From Candidatus Acetothermia bacterium (GTDB taxonomy: Bacteria > Bipolaricaulota > Bipolaricaulia > UBA7950), in the NCBI GenBank assembly GCA_022684035.1, contig JAJHSB010000062.1, positions 6,054 to 70,053 of the forward strand: a DNA stretch of 64,000 bases, in the 5' to 3' direction. Positions 39,216-47,553 of this stretch are shown here, one piece after another. The position numbers and the translations under genes were made by a program. Below the pieces are notes generated by a model, which had not been told where the DNA came from, searched no databases, and saw only the letters and a list, made by a program, of their open reading frames with translations. Each line of letters starts with the position of its first letter. The stretch's first letter is position 1.

Positions 39216-39590
39216 TCAGTCTCGTTCCACTCGGCCAAACGCCCATTCCTGGACCACGTTGCCCTTGACCAGATGCTCCTCGATCAGGCGAGAGACCATA
39301 TCGGGATGGACATTTCCATAGGTGATCCGCGGGTGACCGGCCTGTTCGATATCTACCAGTGGCTCCTTGTAGCACATTCCAATACAGCCCACAGTAGTCA
39401 CATGAGCATCGATCTCTCGCCGACGCAGCTCCTCCAGAATGGCGAGCATCGTCTCCCGTGCGCCGGCAGCGATCCCGCAGGTTCCCATACCCACGGTGAT
39501 CGTCGTTCCCGTTTTCAGCCGTACTTTAATATTCTTCTGAGCTTCTTCTCGGATTCGCTTCAGATCCTCCAAACTTTTCATCCGGGGCAT
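39216..39590 (-). CDS. thioredoxin-like [2Fe-2S] ferredoxin (NuoE-like fold) of the hydrogenase cluster
   Basis: CGIAAG...CIGMC cysteine pattern. ATG 39590 with an AAGGAGGA RBS. Confidence 0.8.
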   Translation of the reverse strand: MPRMKSLEDLKRIREEAQKNIKVRLKTGTTITVGMGTCGIAAGARETMLAILEELRRREIDAHVTTVGCIGMCYKEPLVDIEQAGHPRITYGNVHPDMVSRLIEEHLVKGNVVQEWAFGRVERD

Positions 39591-39647
39591 TCTCAAATCC
39601 TCCTTCCCTACTTCAATTTCTTTCCATTTCGCGCACGACTTTAGATT

Positions 39648-39890
39648 TTAGACCTTAAGCCCTTCCTTAAAATTCATTACATCAACGGTAACGCGGGAAA
39701 AGGGCTTTCCCTCTCTTTGAACCATGCTCTCCATTTCCTTATAAACTTCAGAGCTGAAGAACTTCTCGCCACACTGTTGACATACCTTTGCCGGAACATC
39801 CTCAAAAATAACCAGCTTCTCACCCTACCAGAAATCTACATTGACCTCCTCTTTCACCTTCCCCCCACAGAAATAGCACTTAGTTAACAT
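39648..39890 (-). pseudogene. YgiT-type zinc-finger (MqsA-like) antitoxin with in-frame TAG at codon 22
   Basis: MLTKCYFCGG...DFW*GEKLVIFEDVPAKVCQQCGEKFF shows the two CxxC pairs of the YgiT zinc finger. The in-frame amber codon sits at 39825-39827 and the frame stays open to 39648. The start is 3 nt after the DUF4258 stop. Confidence 0.6.
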
Positions 39891-39892
39891 TT

Positions 39893-40195
39893 CTATCTTC
39901 TCCTTGTTCTTAAATCCTCTTCCCATTCGGCGGGCTGTGGTTCGTACGCTATTATAATCTCCTCTTCTGCTTTACCGCAAACCACATGTAACGGTCTTCC
40001 TTCGTGAGTGAAGCCCAGGATCAGACAACTTGGTCCTCTATGATCACGTGGATAATCCTCGATTATCTCGCCTTTAGAAATAGCTTCTTCAATCTCCCGA
40101 ACGCCTATCCTTCTCCTTCGAATCTTTTCAGTATGTGTAAACGACCCATGATACTTCCCCTCTTTAACCTTCTGCCTAATTTCGTTTAAAGTCAC
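39893..40195 (-). CDS. DUF4258 protein (putative toxin of a DUF4258/YgiT-ZnF pair)
   Basis: The motifs GEIIEDYPRDHRGPSCLILGF...GRPLHVVCG...IIIAYEPQPAEWEEDLRTRRR match the DUF4258 consensus. GTG start. Confidence 0.8.
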   Translation of the reverse strand: MTLNEIRQKVKEGKYHGSFTHTEKIRRRRIGVREIEEAISKGEIIEDYPRDHRGPSCLILGFTHEGRPLHVVCGKAEEEIIIAYEPQPAEWEEDLRTRRR

Positions 40196-40276
40196 TCTCG
40201 ACCCCCTTTACGCACTTAAGAACCTTATGCCCAATGATGAAGTCAAATACTACATAGGGTTCTCATTGCAATCCTC

Positions 40277-40396
40277 CTAACCCGAACAAGCCGGAAATCC
40301 CAATGACCAAATCTCAAATTCCAAACAATAATCAAATTCCAATAACCAATCCCTGCCTTCGGCTCGTGGCTCGTGGCTCGTGGCTCGTGGCTCGAA
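40277..40396. repeat. family-1 MITE half-element plus (GGCTCGT)x5 heptamer array
   Basis: cccgaacaagccggaaatcccaatgaccaaatctcaaattccaaacaataatcaaattccaataaccaa followed by ggctcgtggctcgtggctcgtggctcgtggctcg. Confidence 0.8.
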
Positions 40397-40451
40397 GGAT
40401 TTGATTAAAGACCTTTTCCTCCAGCCTCCAGCCACCAGTCACCAGCTACTT

Positions 40452-40982
40452 TCAACTTTCCTTGCGACTGGCCAGCGTGTCGATAATAGTTACCGCCGCA
40501 TCCGGACTCATGTGAGCGTGTACCTGGCCGTTGATTGTCATTACCGGCGCCAGAGCGCAGCATCCAACACAAGCGACTGTCTCTAAGGTAAAGAGCATAT
40601 CTGAGGTGGTCGAGTCTCCCTCTTTGAGGTCATACTTACGGCAAATAGCGTCATAGATAGACATAGAGCGCTTGACGTGACAGGCTGTGCCATCGCATAC
40701 AGTCACCAAATAACGACCTTTGGGCTTAAGTGAGAACTGGGCGAAGAAAGTGGCCACCCCAAAGACAGTAGCTGGGGAAAGATCCAGTGCAGTAGCGATG
40801 TAGGTAAGAACCTCCTCAGGTAGGTAGCGATACTCTTCCTGCACCGCCTGCAAAATGGAGATCAGAGACTGATTGCGGCTAGTTTGCTCGGCGATTATCT
40901 CGTTCAAGCGGAAAAACCGGCGGCGCCTCCTGTCTCCATCTGGGGAGACTCGTATTTGCTGTTTACCCTGCTCAGTGCTCAT
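40452..40982 (-). CDS. hydC: [FeFe]-hydrogenase gamma subunit HydC (NuoE-like 2Fe-2S)
   Basis: CDGTACH...CVGCCALAP motif of the NuoE family. Confidence 0.9.
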   Translation of the reverse strand: MSTEQGKQQIRVSPDGDRRRRRFFRLNEIIAEQTSRNQSLISILQAVQEEYRYLPEEVLTYIATALDLSPATVFGVATFFAQFSLKPKGRYLVTVCDGTACHVKRSMSIYDAICRKYDLKEGDSTTSDMLFTLETVACVGCCALAPVMTINGQVHAHMSPDAAVTIIDTLASRKES

Positions 40983-41002
40983 AGATGAATCTCCTCTTAT
41001 TT

Positions 41003-41038
41003 TCGTTGCTCGTGACTTGTGACTTGTGACTCGTTGCC
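41003..41038. repeat. heptamer array (GTGACTT/GTGACTC) in the hydC 5' leader
   Basis: tcgttgctcgtgacttgtgacttgtgactcgttgcc lies about 20 nt upstream of the hydC start and abuts its RBS on the coding strand. Confidence 0.75.
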
Positions 41039-41151
41039 ACCAGCACCGAGCCTAAGTCAGTTTAGCTTAAAGTAGTTTCATCTGCAAGTTTACCCCTCTT
41101 CTCATCTTTCTGATTTTCTGCTGCGCTGGCAGTGAACCTGACATTTAGTAC

Positions 41152-41385
41152 CTAAATTCTGAAGTTTTGCGCAAAATGGCAAGGAATTGAAATCTCAAAT
41201 CCCAAGCACCAATTTCCAAACAAAGCTCAATGACCAATGACCAAAATCTCAGACAGAAAAGCCAGAGTATTTTTCTCGCTTAGGGACAAATTGCTCATAG
41301 AAGTTTGGTTATTGGGATTTGGTTATTGTTTGGAAATTGAGATTTGGTCATTGGGATTTCCAGCTTGTCCGGTTTAGGGACAGAA
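41152..41385. repeat. family-1 MITE-like element (complete copy)
   Basis: ctaaattctgaagttttgcgcaaaatgg...aatgaccaatgaccaaaatctca [about 50-bp core] tttggttattgggatttggttattgtttggaaattgagatttggtcattgggatttccagcttgtccgg. Confidence 0.85.
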
Positions 41386-41475
41386 CAAACTTTGTCGATT
41401 ACCGAACAAAAAATAGCCGGTCTGGACTTACGTGATCGCAATCCAGCCCGGCTATAAAGAGTTATCTTTTATCGT

Positions 41476-42444
41476 TTACCAGTTCGGGAACAACTCTCCC
41501 AATGCGAACTCAGCTGAAATAATCAGCGTATGATTGCCTACCAGGCCGCCAAACGCTACTCCGCCGAGGCCGTGTAATAGGTATGCTACATCAACCCGCA
41601 ATCCGGCGATGCTGATCCCAGCTCCGACGCTGAAGAGGCTCTGTTCGCCGATCAGGGTTATACCGGCACGGAGAGCCAGTTCTTCGATTACCGCGACTTC
41701 CAATCCGACACGGATGTCACCGAGCGCAAGATCGCCGAATGCGAGTCCAGTGCCGGCAGTGACATCGACATCCACCGTAGCGAGGAGCCGACCCTCAAGT
41801 GCGGTAAGTGCGCCGCCGATCGTAAAGACTCCAGTTACGATGCCAAAATCACCGACCGTTGTTCCGCCGATATCAGTGGCGCGAAACCCGAGTGTAAAGA
41901 CCTCGCCGATTGGGACAAGTAGACCGAGATCGAATCCGAAACCAGTATCACCGCCGGCGATGGTTGGCGCCATGTAGAATTTAAAGTTAAGGCCAGCAAG
42001 CCCGAAATCAAGGTCGGTAGCGAGACTGGCAGTGATCACTGATTCTTCCCAATGGATTGGAGCAGCAATGGGGATACGACGAATATCTGCGCCACGTCCT
42101 CCCTCGAGGAAGTGCGTTATCGTCATCCTCTGCCAACTGGCACCGAGAGCAAACCCATTGAGCGGGATACTGGCATGGGCAAATTGGTGTGTCGCTCCGA
42201 TGCCGAACAGATTGGTCGACATTCCGCCGAGCCGGATATCAGGCAGAGTTGCCAGACCTGCTGGATTCCAAAATCCGGCTGTGCCGTCATCTGCGACAGC
42301 GACGAATGCGCCGCCCATTGCCAGCGCTCGCGCACCGATTCCGTGCCGGAAGGCAAGGAAAGCATCTCGGCCAAGACCAGTGGCACCAGCAACAGCAGAG
42401 AGTGCCAAAGTAAGGGCCAGCGTCAATATTATTACTCGTTTCAT
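41476..42444 (-). CDS. FadL/PorV-like outer-membrane beta-barrel protein
   Basis: Signal peptide, then an N-terminal LAMGGAFVAVADDGTAGFWNPAGLA (FadL/PorV-type NPA) motif, a Gly/aromatic-rich beta-strand pattern and a C-terminal aromatic residue. Confidence 0.55.
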   Translation of the reverse strand: MKRVIILTLALTLALSAVAGATGLGRDAFLAFRHGIGARALAMGGAFVAVADDGTAGFWNPAGLATLPDIRLGGMSTNLFGIGATHQFAHASIPLNGFALGASWQRMTITHFLEGGRGADIRRIPIAAPIHWEESVITASLATDLDFGLAGLNFKFYMAPTIAGGDTGFGFDLGLLVPIGEVFTLGFRATDIGGTTVGDFGIVTGVFTIGGALTALEGRLLATVDVDVTAGTGLAFGDLALGDIRVGLEVAVIEELALRAGITLIGEQSLFSVGAGISIAGLRVDVAYLLHGLGGVAFGGLVGNHTLIISAEFALGELFPNW

Positions 42445-42520
42445 CTTAAGTTTTAACCTCCTATTTCATACCCGTAGATCAGCGAAGCCAGCTAGGCCTC
42501 GCTGATCATTACAGGTCAAT

Positions 42521-45500
42521 TTACTTACGAAAGACCGTGCCACGGAAGGTGTAGATTATAGCACCATCGCGCAACACAGCAACGAAGATATACGGCCCTT
42601 TAGCAAGTAGAACGCCGGCTTCATCCCGACCGTCCCAGACGACTTCCTCTCCAGGACCGACATCGTGCGCTATGATATCCCGTACCTCACGTCCGAGCAT
42701 ATTGAAGATCCTTATGGTAAACGTCTCGGCAACACCGACTCCTTTAAAGGAGAAGCGCGACCCCCGCTCATGGACGACGATGAACTCGTCAATCTCGAGG
42801 GGTGGTGGTACCACTACTACTGGTTTGACAGTGATCGTTACCGTAGTTATATCTGATATGCCGCCACGGTCATCCAGCGCACGGTAGGTAAAAGTAACGA
42901 TGCCGTGCCACCCAGCAGGCGGCGTAAAGGTGAAGGAGCCGTCAGGACGCAGATCCAACACGCCGTGGACAGGTGCTGTTACCAGTTGCGCTCGCAGTGG
43001 GTCATTATCCGGGTCAGTGTCATTTGCCAGTACTCCTGGCGCAGGAACAGTGAGAACCGTGTCCATAAGGACTGGATAGGTATCAGCTACTGCGACTGGC
43101 GGACGGTTGACGACTGCCACGACTCGTGTGGCGATCAATGCCGCATCACCAGGATCAGATGGATCCTGGAAAAAGGCGAGGATCGTATCACCGGTCCGTG
43201 CCCCAAGGTGCTCTACAAGTCTAATCGGCGTAACGCTGCGGAAAAGCCCGCTGCCAATCTCGGTCTCCCAGAGCACTACCCGCACCCTCACATTTGTGCG
43301 TGAGTTGAAGACTTCAATTAGTATTGAAGGGTGTTCTACCTCTGGAACTGAAACGAGCGATTCACGTCGGTAATTATCTTCGTTCTGATCCGGGTCATAG
43401 ACCTCGATAAAGGCCGCTTCAGCGATCGTATAGCCGATGACCGGCACGCCGGCAGCATCGACAAATCGCATATTGAGACGACCGGTTTTACCATCAAAGA
43501 CCAGTGTGCGACTGACTTCCATCTCCGCGAATGCGACCCGGTAATGAGCATACCAGTAGGTGATCCGCTCGGGTTCAGCAGGATAACTTGCAACCTCTAC
43601 CGCGTTAAACTGGACAATCACTGCACTCCGATTGAACGTCTCAAGGTCCTTATTACCCAGATCGAACGGAGCCCATGGAGGTTCAGCGATGCCACCAGCC
43701 CATACCACTGGATAGAGACCCAGACCGGTTCGAGCGCGAAAGATCGGTGCGTTGACTCCAACCTCATCGAGGATGATCCATTCCCGGTCAGTAGATTGAG
43801 GGCTAAATATCTGCACCACGACCGCGTCGCGTGCTCGACGGTTGCGATTGAGAGGAGAGTACATTACCTCAACATTGATCCGGTCACGACCGAGGTCAAA
43901 TTCCTCTGGGCGAGTCCAATCTGCGGCAGCAAAGTAAATTTGAGGACTTACCACCGGCGTGCGTATTGCATATGCAGTGTCAAACGCCACATCACTGAAG
44001 TCATTCGGATCAACGTAAAACGCAGCAAGGACATATTCTACCCGCAGGCGCGTAAATCCGAGCGCTCTCTGAATATCGATAAGCCTGAGCTCAAATATAC
44101 CGGTATTGGCACCTGTCTCCTGAGCAAAGAAGACGATGCGAGTTAGTCCGGGTCCGGCCGGATCTCCGGGGAGCGGAGCACCGGCAACATTTAGTGTGTC
44201 AAAGCCATACCCACGCCCTTCGTTATTGATAAGACGCATAGGTTCACCAGGCCGAGCCATATCGACAACATAGACGATAAAGCGATCCGGATCATAGATA
44301 TTGTACCAGCGGATCGGTTCGCCGCGACAGACCCAGCTCTTTATCGGGGGAGGCACATCAGGCGCAGTGACAGTGATCGTTACCGTTGCCGGTCCTGATA
44401 CACCGCCTCTAACATCTCTTGCGTGGTAGGTAAAGGTGACGATGCCGAAGAACCTGACCGGCGGCGTGAAGGTAAAGGAGCCGTCAGGACGCAGATCCAA
44501 CACGCCATGGGCAGGTCTTTCTACCAGCACTGCGCTCAGTGGGGCAGCAACCGGAGCCACGGTGTCATTTGCCAGTACTCCTAGCGCAGGAACAGTGAGA
44601 ATTTCCCCCCATGGTATAGTATAAGTATTAGGGAGCGCGACCGGCGGAGTAAATCCAAGGGGATGAGCAACAGTGATTGTTACCGTTGTCTCTGGTATTG
44701 TAACCAATCCTGATACGCCGCCTGTAGAATCTACTGCGCGGTAGGTAAAGGTGACGATACCGAAGAACCCGCGTGGTGGGCTAAAGGTAAAGGAGCCGTC
44801 AGGACGCAGATCCAACACGCCGTGGGATACCGGACGTACCAGCACTGCTCTCAGTGGGAAGTTACCGTCCGGGTCAGTGTCATTTGCCAGTACTCCTGGT
44901 ACTCCTGGTACTCCTGCAGTGAGAACCAGGTCCATAGGGACTGTATAGAAGAGATCAGCTACTGCGACTGGCAACAGAAAGCCGGCACGCAGAACAGTGA
45001 TCGATACCGTTGCCGGTTCTGATACACCGCCTCTAATATCTTCTTCTGCGCGGTAGGTAAAGGTGACAACACCGTGAAAGTCGGGCGGTGGCGTGAAGGT
45101 AAAGGAACCGTCAGGACGCAGATCCAACACGCCGTGGCATACCGGACGTACCAGCACTGCTCTCAGTGGGGCACCATCCGGAGCCACGATGTCATTTGCC
45201 AGTACTCCTGCTGGCAGCGCAGCAACGCGGAGAATTCCCCTCCATTGTATTGTATAAGTATTAGGGAGCGCGACCGGCGGAGTCTGGAGTGCCGGATCCA
45301 CAGAGATTCCTTCTACTCCGCCTGATTCAAACAACATCTGGAAATTTGTGGCGCTTCGCCCTCGCGCGGCAGGAAATTGAATTGGCTCAGGACCAGCAGC
45401 AGATATCTCAACTGGATTCCACGACCCTGGATTGACGATGATAAATATTGGTACCTCTTCTACTTCCATCGGGTCCAGGTTCTCATCAGGATCAGTAATC

Positions 45501-46246
45501 CTGATCAGAGCATCGTCCTCCTCTATGTCAGGGTAATGCGTTTTGTCCCAGGTAATTGTGGCTTCAGTCCGGATGATCTGCACCATTGCACTGGCAGCAT
45601 CAGCCTGATCTATCGCCGATATATAGAACCCGATCAGCGTATCGCCATCGACAAACCGGCCAAGACGTGGCGGGTAAGGAGAAAGGGTAGGGCGTGCGAC
45701 ATCCCTTTGGCCTGCGCCACCTAAGCGAAATGTGTCGCCCAGCGCGAATTCCAGTGGGATTATCCACATTTCTGGCAGCGGCGGCACTTGCAACGGCCGC
45801 AGCGGCGCTGGAATGTGCGTTCCGAGTGGAAGCCTTGTTCTGATTACATCCTCAGGATGCAGCACACGTGCACCGATGATGATCGCTTCTGAAAGGACAA
45901 AGTAGCCGGTATTAGGTCCGGTCTCCTCCAAATAGCGCTTAGGTGCGCCGTCCTTTAGTTCTGCAAGCCAGGCAGGGTTAAGCTCAAGGCGGGTATTAGG
46001 GTTAAAAACGCTGATCTCTATGGCAGCTATTCTATCAGGTTCAGCAGAATCGATATTACGGTCTGGATCAAAGACAACGATCCAGAGCCTATCTCCTGCT
46101 CTGACCTCTGTCACCCTGTCTCCGCGCTGGCCCAAAGGACACCGGGAAAACCATATCTCAGGTGCACTTGCCAGCGCATCGCCGGAAAAAACCGCGATGA
46201 AGAGAAGGGTTGCCAGACCGATTATATGAAACTTCTTGTTATTCAA
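42521..46246 (-). CDS. giant cell-surface protein with about 95-aa cadherin/VCBS-like repeats and a T9SS type-A C-terminal sorting domain
   Basis: Signal peptide. At least 4 repeats of the pattern VLANDTDPDG..LRAVLV.P.HGVLDLRPDGSFTFTPP..F.GIVTFTYRA.D..GG.S. The last about 70 aa (IRIFNMLGREV...VWDGRDEAGVLLAKGPYIFVAVL...FRGTVFRK) resemble Por_Secre_tail/FlgD-Ig. The gene contains near-identical DNA repeats of about 45 bp and longer. Confidence 0.75.
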   Translation of the reverse strand: MNNKKFHIIGLATLLFIAVFSGDALASAPEIWFSRCPLGQRGDRVTEVRAGDRLWIVVFDPDRNIDSAEPDRIAAIEISVFNPNTRLELNPAWLAELKDGAPKRYLEETGPNTGYFVLSEAIIIGARVLHPEDVIRTRLPLGTHIPAPLRPLQVPPLPEMWIIPLEFALGDTFRLGGAGQRDVARPTLSPYPPRLGRFVDGDTLIGFYISAIDQADAASAMVQIIRTEATITWDKTHYPDIEEDDALIRITDPDENLDPMEVEEVPIFIIVNPGSWNPVEISAAGPEPIQFPAARGRSATNFQMLFESGGVEGISVDPALQTPPVALPNTYTIQWRGILRVAALPAGVLANDIVAPDGAPLRAVLVRPVCHGVLDLRPDGSFTFTPPPDFHGVVTFTYRAEEDIRGGVSEPATVSITVLRAGFLLPVAVADLFYTVPMDLVLTAGVPGVPGVLANDTDPDGNFPLRAVLVRPVSHGVLDLRPDGSFTFSPPRGFFGIVTFTYRAVDSTGGVSGLVTIPETTVTITVAHPLGFTPPVALPNTYTIPWGEILTVPALGVLANDTVAPVAAPLSAVLVERPAHGVLDLRPDGSFTFTPPVRFFGIVTFTYHARDVRGGVSGPATVTITVTAPDVPPPIKSWVCRGEPIRWYNIYDPDRFIVYVVDMARPGEPMRLINNEGRGYGFDTLNVAGAPLPGDPAGPGLTRIVFFAQETGANTGIFELRLIDIQRALGFTRLRVEYVLAAFYVDPNDFSDVAFDTAYAIRTPVVSPQIYFAAADWTRPEEFDLGRDRINVEVMYSPLNRNRRARDAVVVQIFSPQSTDREWIILDEVGVNAPIFRARTGLGLYPVVWAGGIAEPPWAPFDLGNKDLETFNRSAVIVQFNAVEVASYPAEPERITYWYAHYRVAFAEMEVSRTLVFDGKTGRLNMRFVDAAGVPVIGYTIAEAAFIEVYDPDQNEDNYRRESLVSVPEVEHPSILIEVFNSRTNVRVRVVLWETEIGSGLFRSVTPIRLVEHLGARTGDTILAFFQDPSDPGDAALIATRVVAVVNRPPVAVADTYPVLMDTVLTVPAPGVLANDTDPDNDPLRAQLVTAPVHGVLDLRPDGSFTFTPPAGWHGIVTFTYRALDDRGGISDITTVTITVKPVVVVPPPLEIDEFIVVHERGSRFSFKGVGVAETFTIRIFNMLGREVRDIIAHDVGPGEEVVWDGRDEAGVLLAKGPYIFVAVLRDGAIIYTFRGTVFRK

Positions 46247-46264
46247 TTTACGACCTCCTTAAAT

Positions 46265-46285
46265 TTCGTGGTTCGTGGTTCGTAG
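46265..46285. repeat. heptamer array (TTCGTGG)x3
   Basis: ttcgtggttcgtggttcgtag, immediately upstream of the adhesin start codon. Confidence 0.8.
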
Positions 46286-46445
46286 CTTACAATACATTTT
46301 CCGTCGTTTGTCGTTTATTATCATATTTTTTGCTCCGTATGGCGCTGGTTGTGATCCTCCCTGATCATATACGGAAAACTGTCAAGGAGTATAGTGTTTT
46401 TTCTGCGTGATGTCAAGTGGTTTCGTTCGGAAATACAATACTAAC

Positions 46446-46640
46446 CACAGAGAACACAGAGAACTCAGAGAAGAGAAGAACAGAAGTCAGGAGCCAGGAG
46501 CCAGAATCCGCCTGCCTGTGCGTCTCCGCACGTAGACAGGTCATTGCGAATTACCTTCCTTTGTCATTGCGAGTCTGCGAAGCAATCTCGTTCGTAGAAG
46601 AGAGGTGGCTGGTGGCTGAATCCTGGCTACTGTCTACTGT
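46446..46640. repeat. composite repeat: purine-rich heptamer-like array + 'gcaatgac' element + GGTGGCT array
   Basis: Homologous, as reverse complement, to 56896-57005 and 50300-50400. Confidence 0.7.
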
Positions 46641-46647
46641 CTTTTGC

Positions 46648-47553
46648 TTAACGCTTCAGGCGGGGATCGAGTGCGTCACGGAGGCCGTCACCGAGGAAAT
46701 TATACCCCAATACGCAGAGGAAGATTGCGATACCGGGAAAGAGAGGCAGCCACCACGCAGTACGGAAAAAGGGCATTCCGAGGTTAATCAGTGTCCCCCA
46801 GCTCATCTGGGGCGGCATCACTCCCAAACCGAGGAAACTGAGTGCACTTTCGCCCAGAATCACACTGGGGATTCCCAGTGTCACGGCAACGATGACCGGC
46901 GCCATAGTGTTGGGCAGAAGATGGCGGAAGATGATCCGCGCATTTCCTACTCCGAGAGCACGGGCCGCTTCAGTAAATTCTTGTGCGCGCAGTTTCAAAA
47001 ACTCGGCGCGCACAATACGAGATATCCCTGTCCACCCCAATCCGCCCATTATGAGAATCAATACCCAGATGGACGGTCCGAGCAGCGCCACCAGAGACAA
47101 GATGAGGAACAGACTGGGAAAGGAAAGTAAGATATCGACAAATCTCATTGCGAGACTATCGATAATACCGCCGTAATAGCCGGCCAGCGCACCGATCAGC
47201 ACACCGATTGTGACCGAAAGTGCTACTGCCAGCAGGGCGATCAGAAGTGAGATGCGTGATCCATAGATGATCCGACTGAGCATATCTCGTCCTAATGAAT
47301 CGGTGCCGAGCCGATGCTCTTGACTCGGTGGTTGCAACCGATTACGCACATTTGTTTTTAATGGATCTTGCGGAGTGAGAAAGGAAGCGAATATAGCGAC
47401 CAGCGTAAAGAAGAGAACGAGGATTGCGCCGCCAACTGCCAGCCGGTTGCGACGAAATCGGCGACAAAAAGAGGCAAAGAAAGTCTGACGCTGCTCATTA
47501 ATCAATTCTTCTGCTGGTTTAGTCATATCTGATTCTCGGGTCGAGGAATGCAT
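46648..47553 (-). CDS. peptide ABC transporter permease (OppC/DppC-like)
   Basis: BPD_transp_1 EAA loop (SRIVRAEFLKLRAQEFTEAARALG). Confidence 0.9.
   Translation of the reverse strand: MHSSTRESDMTKPAEELINEQRQTFFASFCRRFRRNRLAVGGAILVLFFTLVAIFASFLTPQDPLKTNVRNRLQPPSQEHRLGTDSLGRDMLSRIIYGSRISLLIALLAVALSVTIGVLIGALAGYYGGIIDSLAMRFVDILLSFPSLFLILSLVALLGPSIWVLILIMGGLGWTGISRIVRAEFLKLRAQEFTEAARALGVGNARIIFRHLLPNTMAPVIVAVTLGIPSVILGESALSFLGLGVMPPQMSWGTLINLGMPFFRTAWWLPLFPGIAIFLCVLGYNFLGDGLRDALDPRLKR

Noticed and set aside
41003-41038. Rex operator in the hydC leader
   Set aside because: TTGTGAC words are present but as direct repeats, not the TTGTGAA-N4-TTCACAA palindrome. They are reported instead as a heptamer array.
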